Virus record (IMG/VR): IMGVR_UViG_3300005918_000026
Location: 1 to 56,164 of that record
Length of the DNA: 56,164 nt
Direction: 5' to 3' (one strand)
DNA from: a virus
Lineage: Duplodnaviria; Caudoviricetes
This document shows, piece by piece, positions 19,717 through 29,291 of the stretch (positions are counted from its first letter, which is position 1; the number at the start of each line of letters is the position of its first letter). The position numbers and the translations under genes were made by a program. The notes under the pieces are model-generated. The model was not told where the DNA came from and searched no databases. It saw only the letters and a program-made list of their open reading frames with translations.

Positions 19717-21375
19717 CTAGTAAGTATTAATATTGTCAATAATGATAACAGCATAAAATCTGTTATTAACCATTTTCTTCGCATAACGAGTCATGATTCC
19801 TTTACGAGGTGTGAAGTCATTAGGGTCAGTGATTGTTTGTGTTAATTGAAGAGGAATATACGGCGCGTAGATGTAACCTGCTTCTAAGAATGTGTTACCT
19901 TTGTGACCTAAAATTACAAGCTGTGCTGGTAAATAAGGGTCTTTGTAAACTACATATCTTGAACCTAAGTTTCCAATTTTTTCAACACCAAGGTTATATT
20001 TTTCGCTTTCTGGAGCTGCGCTACCGTCAACGTGGAAATATTCAAGGTCATCAAAAATTGCACCTGCTTCTGCTGAACAGATTACCCAGTTAGCTCCACC
20101 TCTCAATGTTGCTTTATGAATTTGAGCTGAAAGTTCATTAATACGAGTGATTAATGTTTGATTCCAGTCCTTCTGTGTTCCGAAGAAGTTTGCGTTATTT
20201 GCAAGCCCTTTATAATCCCAACGTGCGCGGAACGGAGCTTGGTTTGCAAGGTCAATGATGATTTCACGGTCAATCTCAGCCGCAACGTGCTCTGACAGTA
20301 ATGCTGTCAATTCCGCTTCTGCGTCAATTGAATGGTATGCTTCAAGGTCTTGCGCCAATTCAGGAGTCCAGTGAGCTCTAAGCTTACGAGTAATCGTAGT
20401 TACAGTTACACTAGAGAATCTGATTGTAATTTCTGCCATCTCTGACTTACCTTCTAGGTCATTATAAATTTCATAGATAGGTTTGATTTGAATTTCACAT
20501 GCGGTACCGAAGTTGCCAGCGTTGTCATTCAATTTAGTGTAGTCAAAATCACTACCTTGTACAGATGCAGGACGTGCGTCAAAAACAACTTTAGCGATGT
20601 TATTTGCAAACATGTCTGATGTCCAAGTTTGAATTTGTGAGAAGAATGGCCAGTTTTGTTCAGTTGCATCAATAATTTTGATGTTTTGTGAACCTGCACT
20701 GTAATATAAAGATGTTACAGCAGAGAAACGTACAGTTGCACTAGATTGCTGTCTGCTAACATCAAAAGATGTTCCCAAAGTAGCGTCCGTAGCGTACAAA
20801 CCGTTGGATAAACTGTCAGCTGAGAAAGTAAGTAAGGTTGCATCTAGTACAGTTTCACCAGTACCAAAAGAAAGGTCGAAACCTTTGTTTCCATAAAATC
20901 TTTCATAAGCTGTTGTGTCAGCAAATTGAGGACCTGCATTGCCATTGGCAGTGTTTGAAGGTGCTACTTTCTGACTGTTTTCACCATCAAACTGTGTTTC
21001 ATGGGAAATTGGGCTTTGTTGTGTGTTGTCACTACCGTCAAATGATACTCTTGCGTCCATATAGAACAAAAGTCCAGAAGGTAATGCTAAAGGTTGAACA
21101 GATACCAATTCGTTTGCTAGTAAACGTGAAAATACACGTCTAACGATTGGAAATGCTACAGTGTCAAAACGACCTGCAGAGCTATCAAGTGTCACCTCAT
21201 TTAACATGTGGTGAGCTTGGTTTTCAAGCAACTGAGCTGTGTTTGATTTGCGCATTCCGTCCAAATCTTCAAGTAATCCTGAATTTTCCCAGTTATTAAT
21301 AATTGATTGACGTTGTTCGGCCAAATCTTTAAATACTGTCAGACCTACTTTTCCTGATTTTAAAAGTTCGCTCAT
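19717..21375 (-). CDS. gp23: Major capsid protein (T4 gp23-like)
   Basis: VSVQP..LPSGLLFY, TRKLRA.WTPELAQDL.AYHSIDAEAELT, YAPYIPL, FTPRKGIMTRYA. Confidence 0.97.
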   Translation of the reverse strand: MSELLKSGKVGLTVFKDLAEQRQSIINNWENSGLLEDLDGMRKSNTAQLLENQAHHMLNEVTLDSSAGRFDTVAFPIVRRVFSRLLANELVSVQPLALPSGLLFYMDARVSFDGSDNTQQSPISHETQFDGENSQKVAPSNTANGNAGPQFADTTAYERFYGNKGFDLSFGTGETVLDATLLTFSADSLSNGLYATDATLGTSFDVSRQQSSATVRFSAVTSLYYSAGSQNIKIIDATEQNWPFFSQIQTWTSDMFANNIAKVVFDARPASVQGSDFDYTKLNDNAGNFGTACEIQIKPIYEIYNDLEGKSEMAEITIRFSSVTVTTITRKLRAHWTPELAQDLEAYHSIDAEAELTALLSEHVAAEIDREIIIDLANQAPFRARWDYKGLANNANFFGTQKDWNQTLITRINELSAQIHKATLRGGANWVICSAEAGAIFDDLEYFHVDGSAAPESEKYNLGVEKIGNLGSRYVVYKDPYLPAQLVILGHKGNTFLEAGYIYAPYIPLQLTQTITDPNDFTPRKGIMTRYAKKMVNNRFYAVIIIDNINTY

Positions 21376-21433
21376 TGTTTTGTGTTTTAAAAGTTTTTTA
21401 GTAAATAGGTTAATTTTTTTAAAAAATTAATTT

Positions 21434-22765
21434 TTACTGATTTGTTTTTTTGATTCCTGCTAGTTCTTGGTTCCTTTTTATCTCGGACATTTCCCTACTT
21501 TCATAAAGAGGCTGTGCTTTTTGAGGAGCGCTAACCGTCTTAGTGTTAGATGCTTTGATTTTCTTTTCAGGTTGTGCATTAGTTGCAGGAGTAATTTTAT
21601 GTTCGGAAATTATTTCCTTATAAACTTTTTCTGCTTCATTTGCATTTTTTGCCTGGTCGAATTTCTCCGCGATGGTTTCTTTCTGTTTGCGAGTTAACCC
21701 ACTTTCAGAAAAGATTTTGTTTGCCCATGCTAATTTGGCATTGAACGTTTGCATTTCATCAAATTGTTTTCTTACGTCAGTGAACGCTTCTTCGTATTCT
21801 TTAATAATACTTGATAGTTCACCTACCGATTTTTTTAAACTCTCATTTTCCTTAATAAGCTCGCCTGTACCAGACTCTTTTTGAGCTGTTTTATTTTCGG
21901 CTACATTTTTTCTACTGGTTCTATAATCTGCAGTAGGTTCTTTGTAGGCTGTTGTTCTTTTTACTGTCTCAGAATTTCCAAGCATTTCTTCTAAAGGCTC
22001 TTCGTCTTCTTCGGAAATAGTAGTATCACATTCCTTTTGAAGCATTTCTTCGAGTTCTAATTCTGTAAATTCGAATTCATCCTCTTCTGGATGTTCTTGA
22101 TTGTTTGGTTCAAATTGTATCATAGTTTCTTCCTCGTCTTCATAAAGTTCATTCATATCAAATTCTAATATACCATCCTCTTGAACAGGTGCAGGTGCTG
22201 CAGGTGGCATTTCTGCTGGTGCTGGCGGCGCAACTTCACCCTCAGGTGGCATTTCTGCTGTCTCGTCGTCAATAACGTCAACTGCTTCTGCTTCTCCAGT
22301 TTCTTGTCCAGTTACTTTTTTCACAAGTTTTATAATGTCTTGAGAAAGCTCTTGGGCTATTTGTGAAATTTCTGGGTCTTCTTCTGTTTCATCAGTTACC
22401 ATAATTTCTTCTTCTGGAGGCATTTCATCCATCGGAACCTCTTCTACAGGTGCTTCTACTGGAGGCGCTTCTGCACCTGGAACTGTAGGAGCCGCTGGAG
22501 CAGCAGGGTCTTCAAGAGGGGGCACTTGTTCTTCCAACTCTCCTTTAGGAAGATTTTCTCCACCCAAATCAATATTTTCTACATCAGCATCATCACTTTT
22601 TATAGTAATTTCAACATCCTCGTTAAGAACTTTGTCCAAAAAATTATCAACTTTTTGGTCTATTTCTTGACGAAGTTCGTCTATTGCTCCATCCGTAGCA
22701 TATTTTTTAATTTCATCGAAGTTACTCTTCGCTTCTTCTAAAGCTGATTTTTTGACTTTGCTCAT
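21434..22765 (-). CDS. Prohead core / scaffold protein (T4 gp22-like)
   Basis: Acidic, Pro-rich, coiled coil; FNAKLAWANKIF...LT..QK..I.EKFD; C-terminal RNQELAGI; directly upstream of MCP. Confidence 0.8.
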   Translation of the reverse strand: MSKVKKSALEEAKSNFDEIKKYATDGAIDELRQEIDQKVDNFLDKVLNEDVEITIKSDDADVENIDLGGENLPKGELEEQVPPLEDPAAPAAPTVPGAEAPPVEAPVEEVPMDEMPPEEEIMVTDETEEDPEISQIAQELSQDIIKLVKKVTGQETGEAEAVDVIDDETAEMPPEGEVAPPAPAEMPPAAPAPVQEDGILEFDMNELYEDEEETMIQFEPNNQEHPEEDEFEFTELELEEMLQKECDTTISEEDEEPLEEMLGNSETVKRTTAYKEPTADYRTSRKNVAENKTAQKESGTGELIKENESLKKSVGELSSIIKEYEEAFTDVRKQFDEMQTFNAKLAWANKIFSESGLTRKQKETIAEKFDQAKNANEAEKVYKEIISEHKITPATNAQPEKKIKASNTKTVSAPQKAQPLYESREMSEIKRNQELAGIKKTNQ

Positions 22766-22826
22766 GTTTTTTATATTTTAAGCTTTTTAAATAAATATCT
22801 AAAAAAATGCAAAATTTTATTTTTTT

Positions 22827-23498
22827 TTAAAATTTCCAGAAATCATTACTCGCTAATTGATAAAGTTTCTGATATTTCTTAGCTTGTTCATCAATATTAT
22901 ATGTTCTTATTACATTGTTCATTGCTTCTGGAAGAGGTGTCATGCCCCATTGTCTGCCCTCTTTGAATAGGTAGGCTCCTGGCGTACTTGGAGACGATAC
23001 AAAATCAAAAGCTATAAGTTCAAAATCTTCTTGAACTACGTCTTGTCCATTAACACTTTTTACAGAGCCAACTCCACGAGAAGATATTCCTAATTTAATT
23101 CCACTTTTTAATAAACCTTTTAAAATTTTTCCTGCGGGACATCCCTCATCTACAATTTGTACTTTTCCGTATAAATCTTCACCTTGCCACCACATATCAA
23201 TTACCTTGTGTGAAACATTAGCCAAACTTACAACAGCGGAGTCAGGGTGGTCTAATTCTCCCATAGCAGAATTAGATTCAACTAGCTCCATATATTTTTC
23301 AACTTCTCTTTTGAGAATCTCATATGGATATACTCTACCGTTTCTATTTAAAGTGTTTGCTTTTTGTAATATACCACTCAATACAATTTCTTTATGAGCA
23401 GTTTCCGCCTCTTTAATAAGGTTTACATCTGCTTCGAATGTATAATATTCAGAAATGATATACTTGTCTCCTGGTAATATAAGTGTTGAATTATTCAT
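22827..23498 (-). CDS. gp21: Prohead protease (T4 gp21-like)
   Basis: NRNGRVYP, GELDHP, VSH, GISSRGVGS, DFVSSPSTPGA. Confidence 0.95.
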   Translation of the reverse strand: MNNSTLILPGDKYIISEYYTFEADVNLIKEAETAHKEIVLSGILQKANTLNRNGRVYPYEILKREVEKYMELVESNSAMGELDHPDSAVVSLANVSHKVIDMWWQGEDLYGKVQIVDEGCPAGKILKGLLKSGIKLGISSRGVGSVKSVNGQDVVQEDFELIAFDFVSSPSTPGAYLFKEGRQWGMTPLPEAMNNVIRTYNIDEQAKKYQKLYQLASNDFWKF

Positions 23499-23621
23499 TT
23501 TTAATTTTTTTTATAAATATTTGGAAAAAACCAAAAAAGCCCTTGCATTATAATTTTATCACTCTGGCTATTGATTTTTGTGCAAAATCTTATTATTATT
23601 TATAAAAATTAGAAATTTTCT

Positions 23622-24140
23622 ATGAAGAGAACAGCAAGAGAAATCGAAGTGACTCCATCCGAACTATCAAACAAAAATATTAGTGTGAAAATAGGTGCTT
23701 CTGAAAATAGAGATGCTCCAGAGACAGTATATATTTATACCAGTTTTTGGGTAAAACCTCGATGGCGGGAAGATGACATTGAGAAGCATTTTAAAACTAT
23801 ATTACTTGAATCGCTCAGGTCTTTTTATAAGCCAGGGAGCGGAGGTAAGATTATGGATACTATTATAACGAGTGAGGTGTTTATGAATGAAAAAGATAAT
23901 ATATACATTGTTAATGTTCCAGAAAATTTTAATTATAACGAAAAAAGTAATTTTATATCGTTGGAATTGTATTTACACACATCTAATATAGACCCAGAAA
24001 TAAATCTTCCATTAAATCACAAAAAAAATACTCGATTGTATGATGAATTGCTGGGAGTTGCAAATTCTCTTGGAGAATTAATAAATAAGTTAGGGGAAAT
24101 ATATGAAGTAAAAAAGAAATTAAAAAAAGCTGCAATTTAG
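23622..24140 (+). CDS. Hypothetical protein
   Basis: 172-aa ORF with upstream TATTTATA (23597-23604) and a downstream terminator. Confidence 0.7.
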   Translation: MKRTAREIEVTPSELSNKNISVKIGASENRDAPETVYIYTSFWVKPRWREDDIEKHFKTILLESLRSFYKPGSGGKIMDTIITSEVFMNEKDNIYIVNVPENFNYNEKSNFISLELYLHTSNIDPEINLPLNHKKNTRLYDELLGVANSLGELINKLGEIYEVKKKLKKAAI

Positions 24141-24149
24141 CAGCTTTTT
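24122..24149. terminator. Bidirectional intrinsic terminator
   Basis: AAAAAGCTGC-AATTTA-GCAGCTTTTT between convergent genes. Confidence 0.85.
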
Positions 24150-24152
24150 ATT

Positions 24153-24965
24153 TTATTCTTCGTTTAATGTTTGTTGTAGTTCCATAAAAGAGAGCAGATG
24201 TTCATCTAATTTAATAGTGTCCACATCAGTAGATGTTTCTAATTTGTTTTTAAACTGTTCCAATAATTTTAGTTTCTCATCATTTTTACACTCATTAATG
24301 GCAATTGTAACCTTAGAAAGAGTTTTAACTCTTAAGTCTTCAATATAGTTTCTTTTTTTACTTGCCTCTGAAATCATTATTTTGAAGACTTTCTTTTCTT
24401 CTTCATTTAAATGGTCGTATCTCTTATTAAAATTATTTACAGCAAGCTTAGTGATAGTTTTCCAATTTGTCAAAGAAGGGTTGTCAGCAGTTTCTTTTGA
24501 TTGTTCACCTTCGTTAACTTCTCTGGTAATATATTCTAAAATATATTCATAGGCGTTTTGACCTCTTTCTACATTTGTAAAAACAGAGTTTGTTTCAGAT
24601 TCAATCAAAACATCAATACTTTCAAACAATTTGTTTTTTTCACTTTTATTAGATTCGATATGAAACCCTTCTAACATGGATGTTTTTACAGCTTTGTTTT
24701 CAGCTACTATTTCTCTCCAATTCATTCCTCTTACGATATTTAGGTTTTGAGCAATAAATCTTTCAGCTAGTCTTTCTTTTGTAAATGGCTTACAATTTTC
24801 AATGTTTTTATATATAAAATACTGTTTTTGTAAGGCAGAACTCTTTTTTAATTTTGTTGCAAACTCCCTTAGAGTTTCACTATTTTCAGTACGGTGAATT
24901 TCTGCAGCTCCTTTTCTATTAACAGATTCCTTAAGAGCGCCAAAGTTTAAAGTGATATCTTCCAT
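24153..24965 (-). CDS. Hypothetical helical protein, probably head assembly
   Basis: 270 aa; NNFNKRYDHLNEEEKKV motif; next to the protease gene; late-type motif at 25030-25037. Confidence 0.65.
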   Translation of the reverse strand: MEDITLNFGALKESVNRKGAAEIHRTENSETLREFATKLKKSSALQKQYFIYKNIENCKPFTKERLAERFIAQNLNIVRGMNWREIVAENKAVKTSMLEGFHIESNKSEKNKLFESIDVLIESETNSVFTNVERGQNAYEYILEYITREVNEGEQSKETADNPSLTNWKTITKLAVNNFNKRYDHLNEEEKKVFKIMISEASKKRNYIEDLRVKTLSKVTIAINECKNDEKLKLLEQFKNKLETSTDVDTIKLDEHLLSFMELQQTLNEE

Positions 24966-25051
24966 AGTCTTAATTTTGTTGTAAAGATAAAAGTTTTTGT
25001 AAAGTTATAAAATTTATCTGTAATTTTTCTATAAATATCAAAAAATTTTTA

Positions 25052-25059
25052 TATATTTG
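25052..25059 (+). promoter_or_regulatory. Bacteroidota -7 box TATATTTG upstream of the VWA gene
   Basis: Exact TAnnTTTG match 36 nt before the ATG. Confidence 0.5.
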
Positions 25060-25095
25060 TACCTACGCGAATTATACATTTAAAACTTTCGAAAA

Positions 25096-27402
25096 ATGAC
25101 TTCTTATTTAAAATTAAAAAATGACCTATTTTTTGTAATGCAAAAAGTAGAGACTGAAAAAATTGAACATAAGGTTATTAATTCTGGTGTACATCACGTT
25201 TTTATTTTGGATTGTTCTGGTTCTATGTGGGACCAACTGCCTATAATGAGAAAAGATTTGTATAACAAAATTGCAACTGGTGTTCTAAAGCCAAATGATT
25301 CTATATCGTTAATATGGTTTTCTGGTCGCGGTGAGTATGGGGTAATCCTAGAAAACTTTTCAATCAAAAGCGGACAAAGCCTTAATAAGGTGCGTGAGTT
25401 GATTGACCATTATCTAAGACCCGTTTGCCTAACAGCGTTCAAAGAGCCTCTTGAAGAGGCTGGTAGAGTTATTGAGCGTGTTATAGAAACTGACCCTAAT
25501 GCATTTCATTCCCTTTTCTTCTTAACGGATGGTTATGATAATAGTTGGAGTACAAATGAAATCTTAAAAGCTGTAACTAGTATTAAAGAAAAGTTAAACA
25601 GTGCTACCGTTGTTGAATATGGTTGGTATTGCAATCGTAAATTGTTAGACCAAATGGCAACTGAGTTTGGCGGAGCGCATAAGTTCAGTCAAGACTTACA
25701 AGACTACGAGCCAATTATGGAAAAACAATTTTCCTTAGAAAATAGAGTTGAGAGAAAACAGGTACAGCTTGATAATTCTGCTGATTTTGATTTGGTATAC
25801 ACTTTACAAAATGATGAGTTTATTGCATATGCGCCTGACGAAGAAAATAAAATTCTAATTGGAGCAACTGATGATACTACTATTTGCTACTTTACAAAGT
25901 ATGAGCCTAATGGTGCTGGCTATTATAATGACGGAGATTCCCTAGTTTCAAATTATCTTTCTGAAAAATCACATAGTGACACTATATCTAATTTATATGC
26001 TGCACTTTTCGGTTTCAGTAGAAAAAATAATTACAGTATGGTATCTGAGATTCTTTCTGTGTTAGGAGACGCTGATTTAATTATTAGAAAAGCAAATACA
26101 TTTGGAACACAAAAAATAACCGAGCTTGAAGATAAGTTTTTGACAGCGGCTCTTGATGATTCTAAAAGATTTACTCTTGGGTATGACCCAAATTTAGAAC
26201 CCCCAGCTGATGCATATAATGTATTAGACATGCTTGAAGACCTTATGGAAAGCGATGAAAATAAATTTTATCCACGTCATAAACTTTTTGAATACAAGAG
26301 AATTGGCAGCAAACAAGTTAACAAGAGCAAGGCAGATGATGGAGATAAAAAACTTTTAGAAGAGCTTTCTAAAAAAGGAGACCTTGATGCTATCGTGAAA
26401 AAAATAACTGAAATTAAGCAAGCTTCTGCGGACGTTAAGTTTTCATACGCTGAGCCAAATCCTGGAATACCTTTTACTGATTTAGTTTGGAATGAAAAAA
26501 GAGCTAATCTTTCTGTGAGAGCTATGTATAAGGGTACTGTAAATATCCCTAAGAATAGTTTTGGAGTTCCAGAGATTTTCTCAACTAAAATTTTCAGAAA
26601 TTATACACTCGTTAAAGACGGCGTTATCAACATGTATAAGATTCCTATTTCTCTTTCTGTGGAAACTTTTGCTAAATTGCAAAAAAATGGTCTATTGAAA
26701 AATGAAGTTTATGTTTCAGGTGTTGTTTATTTACTTGATTTTTCTGAGCTGCCAGTGGCAAATCGTGAAATGATTGACTCGCTTTCTGCCGAGGAATTAT
26801 TTAGAAACTCATATGAACTTCTCACCCTACAAGCACAAAATACTGTGTTTAATCACTTCCGTAAAATGAGATTTTCAGGTCTTGGTGTTAAGTTTATGGA
26901 ACAATATACGGAAGACGGTGCGAAATGGCTTAAAGAGATTGGTGTAACTGAATCTGGATTTAATCCCCCTAAAGAAGTTGAAAGAACTAATGAGGAAATT
27001 TTTGTAAATACTTTAGTTGTTAAAACTAAGGGGTTAACATTAATGACTTCTAAAAAAGATTTTGAAAAAGTTCTTGGTAAATTTGAAGAGGGCGCAGACC
27101 TAACAGAAAGAGAATCTTTATTAATTCCTGCAATTAAAGAGTTTAAAGACTTTGAAAGATTGAATGAGGGGTTATCAGATGATACTATCTTTAACGGTTG
27201 GCTTGACCAAAAATCAAAATTGTTTAGAAAAAGAAAAACTGAGCTTATGAATAATATCTCAAGAAGTAAATTTTTAACAATTGTTGGAAAAGCATGGTTT
27301 AAAGAATTTGAAAGCCGCGAGGAAAAATCCTTAACCTTGGATATTAATGGCGAAGAAATTGTTTTCGAAATCGAAGATAAAGAATCTAAAATTAAACTAT
27401 AA
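25096..27402 (+). CDS. von Willebrand factor A (VWA) domain protein
   Basis: MIDAS motif ILDCSGSM, T (CLTAF) and FLTDGY in the N-terminal 220 aa; long unrecognised C-terminal part. Confidence 0.85.
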   Translation: MTSYLKLKNDLFFVMQKVETEKIEHKVINSGVHHVFILDCSGSMWDQLPIMRKDLYNKIATGVLKPNDSISLIWFSGRGEYGVILENFSIKSGQSLNKVRELIDHYLRPVCLTAFKEPLEEAGRVIERVIETDPNAFHSLFFLTDGYDNSWSTNEILKAVTSIKEKLNSATVVEYGWYCNRKLLDQMATEFGGAHKFSQDLQDYEPIMEKQFSLENRVERKQVQLDNSADFDLVYTLQNDEFIAYAPDEENKILIGATDDTTICYFTKYEPNGAGYYNDGDSLVSNYLSEKSHSDTISNLYAALFGFSRKNNYSMVSEILSVLGDADLIIRKANTFGTQKITELEDKFLTAALDDSKRFTLGYDPNLEPPADAYNVLDMLEDLMESDENKFYPRHKLFEYKRIGSKQVNKSKADDGDKKLLEELSKKGDLDAIVKKITEIKQASADVKFSYAEPNPGIPFTDLVWNEKRANLSVRAMYKGTVNIPKNSFGVPEIFSTKIFRNYTLVKDGVINMYKIPISLSVETFAKLQKNGLLKNEVYVSGVVYLLDFSELPVANREMIDSLSAEELFRNSYELLTLQAQNTVFNHFRKMRFSGLGVKFMEQYTEDGAKWLKEIGVTESGFNPPKEVERTNEEIFVNTLVVKTKGLTLMTSKKDFEKVLGKFEEGADLTERESLLIPAIKEFKDFERLNEGLSDDTIFNGWLDQKSKLFRKRKTELMNNISRSKFLTIVGKAWFKEFESREEKSLTLDINGEEIVFEIEDKESKIKL

Positions 27403-27425
27403 AAAAGAATCTAAAATTTAATTAT

Positions 27426-27452
27426 AAAAAAAGCGGCGCAATTGCCGCTTTT
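27426..27452. terminator. Bidirectional intrinsic terminator
   Basis: AAAAGCGGC-GCAATT-GCCGCTTTT. Confidence 0.85.
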
Positions 27453-27453
27453 C

Positions 27454-28842
27454 TTATTTCCTAATAATACTCTTAACCACTTTTTGATTAGTGTTTTTAT
27501 TGCTAAATATATCCAAAAGAACTTCTTTGTTTTTCCTAGGAATAGAAAGTTTATTATCTTTTTTCTCTTGCATTACTCTTTTATAGAATTCAACTCTTTG
27601 AGCTGTAACATTCTGTAATTCGTATTTATCTTTGACAAACTCGTGAAGATTTTCTGCAAGACTTTTTCTAAGCCCCTTATCTGTTATTACAGATTTCATC
27701 GCTTTATACCATCCTTGTTTGTTATCTTCTACTAGAAGTCCAGTTTCCCCATGTTTTAAGAGGTCTTTATATACTCCAAAATCTTGAGCAATAAGAACTT
27801 TATTCATCATTCCTGCTTCTATAATTTTAAGTTCTGATTTAACTTCGTTAAAATAATGAGGTTTTGTCATAATAGTTCCTGGCCTCTGGTCTGTATCAGC
27901 CACTATTTCCCCTCCCTTAAGTTTTTTATATCTTTCGTGTTCTAACAATGGGGCGAGGCAGATATCACAATAATTATAATGATTTCCGTATTGAGTAAGA
28001 GGAAGAGTCCATCTTCTGATATATGATTGTTCTTCTTGTGATGGATATTGTTCTTTTTTCACTTTGAGAAGCCACTTTTTATATTTTTCGTCTTTTATAA
28101 GAGTATAGTTAGATGTAAATATCCTTTCAAAGTCATTCCACACCGTTTCGTGGGGTTTTATTTTACGAGTTTTCCTTTGACCGTTTTGGGTAATTTCTGT
28201 TATTGTCCCCCTAGTGTCAAATCCACACATTGTAATTTGGAACTTATCTCTTAGGTTTACATCTGCCACAAGCATGTTGAAGGAGCTTTCTAAGAGTTTT
28301 AAATCATGTAAGTGAGAAGAACCCCCTATCCAGGTAATTCTAGCTCTATCTTTTGAGTCGGGTTCTGTAACACCATTCCACATTGGATGTTGCATATTGA
28401 GAGCATTAGGAATAACTTCAACATTGGTGTTGTATTTTTGAATATGTCTTTTAAACACATTTGTTGTTGTGGTTATATAATGAGCATTATTGAGATTGTT
28501 TAAGATTTTTTCTGTAATATTATCTTTTTTCACAAGCTCATATAGTGGATGAGTAGTAGGTGGGTCCCAATAATCATCAATATCCATTATCAATACAACA
28601 CCAGCTTCGGATAATGTTTTCGACACTTCGCTCATTTTCTCATAAGGACCTAATACTCTGTGAAAATGAATAATATCAAATTTCTTCAAATATTCAATGT
28701 TGGTTATATTAGCATTAGTATTTATTTCAACTTCTATTTCATCTCTAAAATTTTTTTTAATTGCTTGAGCTGGCCATATTGACCTAAAATGACCAACGCC
28801 CATTACATCTGAGGGGCAAATAAGAATTTTTATTTTTTCCAT
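27454..28842 (-). CDS. GT-B fold glycosyltransferase (GT4-like)
   Basis: GVGHFRS, DIDDYW, IPNA, WIGGSSHLHDL, DICLAPL, FN..KSELKIIEAG. Confidence 0.85.
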   Translation of the reverse strand: MEKIKILICPSDVMGVGHFRSIWPAQAIKKNFRDEIEVEINTNANITNIEYLKKFDIIHFHRVLGPYEKMSEVSKTLSEAGVVLIMDIDDYWDPPTTHPLYELVKKDNITEKILNNLNNAHYITTTTNVFKRHIQKYNTNVEVIPNALNMQHPMWNGVTEPDSKDRARITWIGGSSHLHDLKLLESSFNMLVADVNLRDKFQITMCGFDTRGTITEITQNGQRKTRKIKPHETVWNDFERIFTSNYTLIKDEKYKKWLLKVKKEQYPSQEEQSYIRRWTLPLTQYGNHYNYCDICLAPLLEHERYKKLKGGEIVADTDQRPGTIMTKPHYFNEVKSELKIIEAGMMNKVLIAQDFGVYKDLLKHGETGLLVEDNKQGWYKAMKSVITDKGLRKSLAENLHEFVKDKYELQNVTAQRVEFYKRVMQEKKDNKLSIPRKNKEVLLDIFSNKNTNQKVVKSIIRK

Positions 28843-28900
28843 TCTATGTGTTTTTTACAAAATATAGTTTGTTGTTTTAGAAAAGTAAATGTTTTTCATA

Positions 28901-28928
28901 AAAAAACCCTCCCATATTGGGAAGGTTT
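28901..28928 (-). terminator. Intrinsic terminator
   Basis: AAACCCTCCC-ATATT-GGGAAGGTTT with A-tract. Confidence 0.65.
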
Positions 28929-28960
28929 CTTGAGGTAATCTATCTTAAATTAAAAATAAT

Positions 28961-29239
28961 CTATTTTGCCATATATCCTCTAAGTTCTATAATAGCTTCA
29001 TCGAGACGAGAGTTTTTAAAAATTTTCCCAAGAGGGAACTTGTACTTACTATTATCGAAATTTTCAATAATGATAAAACCTCTTTTTGATTGTACGTCCA
29101 GTGGGCGCGTCATTTGTTCTAAACTTAAGCAACACTCTCCAGGTTGTAATATAAGTCCAGGTGCAGTTGTGCTTGATAAAGCTACAGAAATTTTAATAGG
29201 CGTTTTTGACGTATTTGTTATTTTCCAAATTCCTTTCAT
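28961..29239 (-). CDS. Hypothetical protein
   Basis: 92-aa ORF co-oriented with neighbours, followed by a terminator. Confidence 0.65.
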   Translation of the reverse strand: MKGIWKITNTSKTPIKISVALSSTTAPGLILQPGECCLSLEQMTRPLDVQSKRGFIIIENFDNSKYKFPLGKIFKNSRLDEAIIELRGYMAK

Positions 29240-29291
29240 AATCTTTTTATTTAAATATAATGTTTACTATTGTGAAAATAAATAGTAAAAA

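Noticed and set aside
28917-29285. 122-aa + strand ORF
   Set aside because: It starts with TTG inside a terminator hairpin and overlaps the minus-strand 92-aa ORF that fits the local gene orientation.
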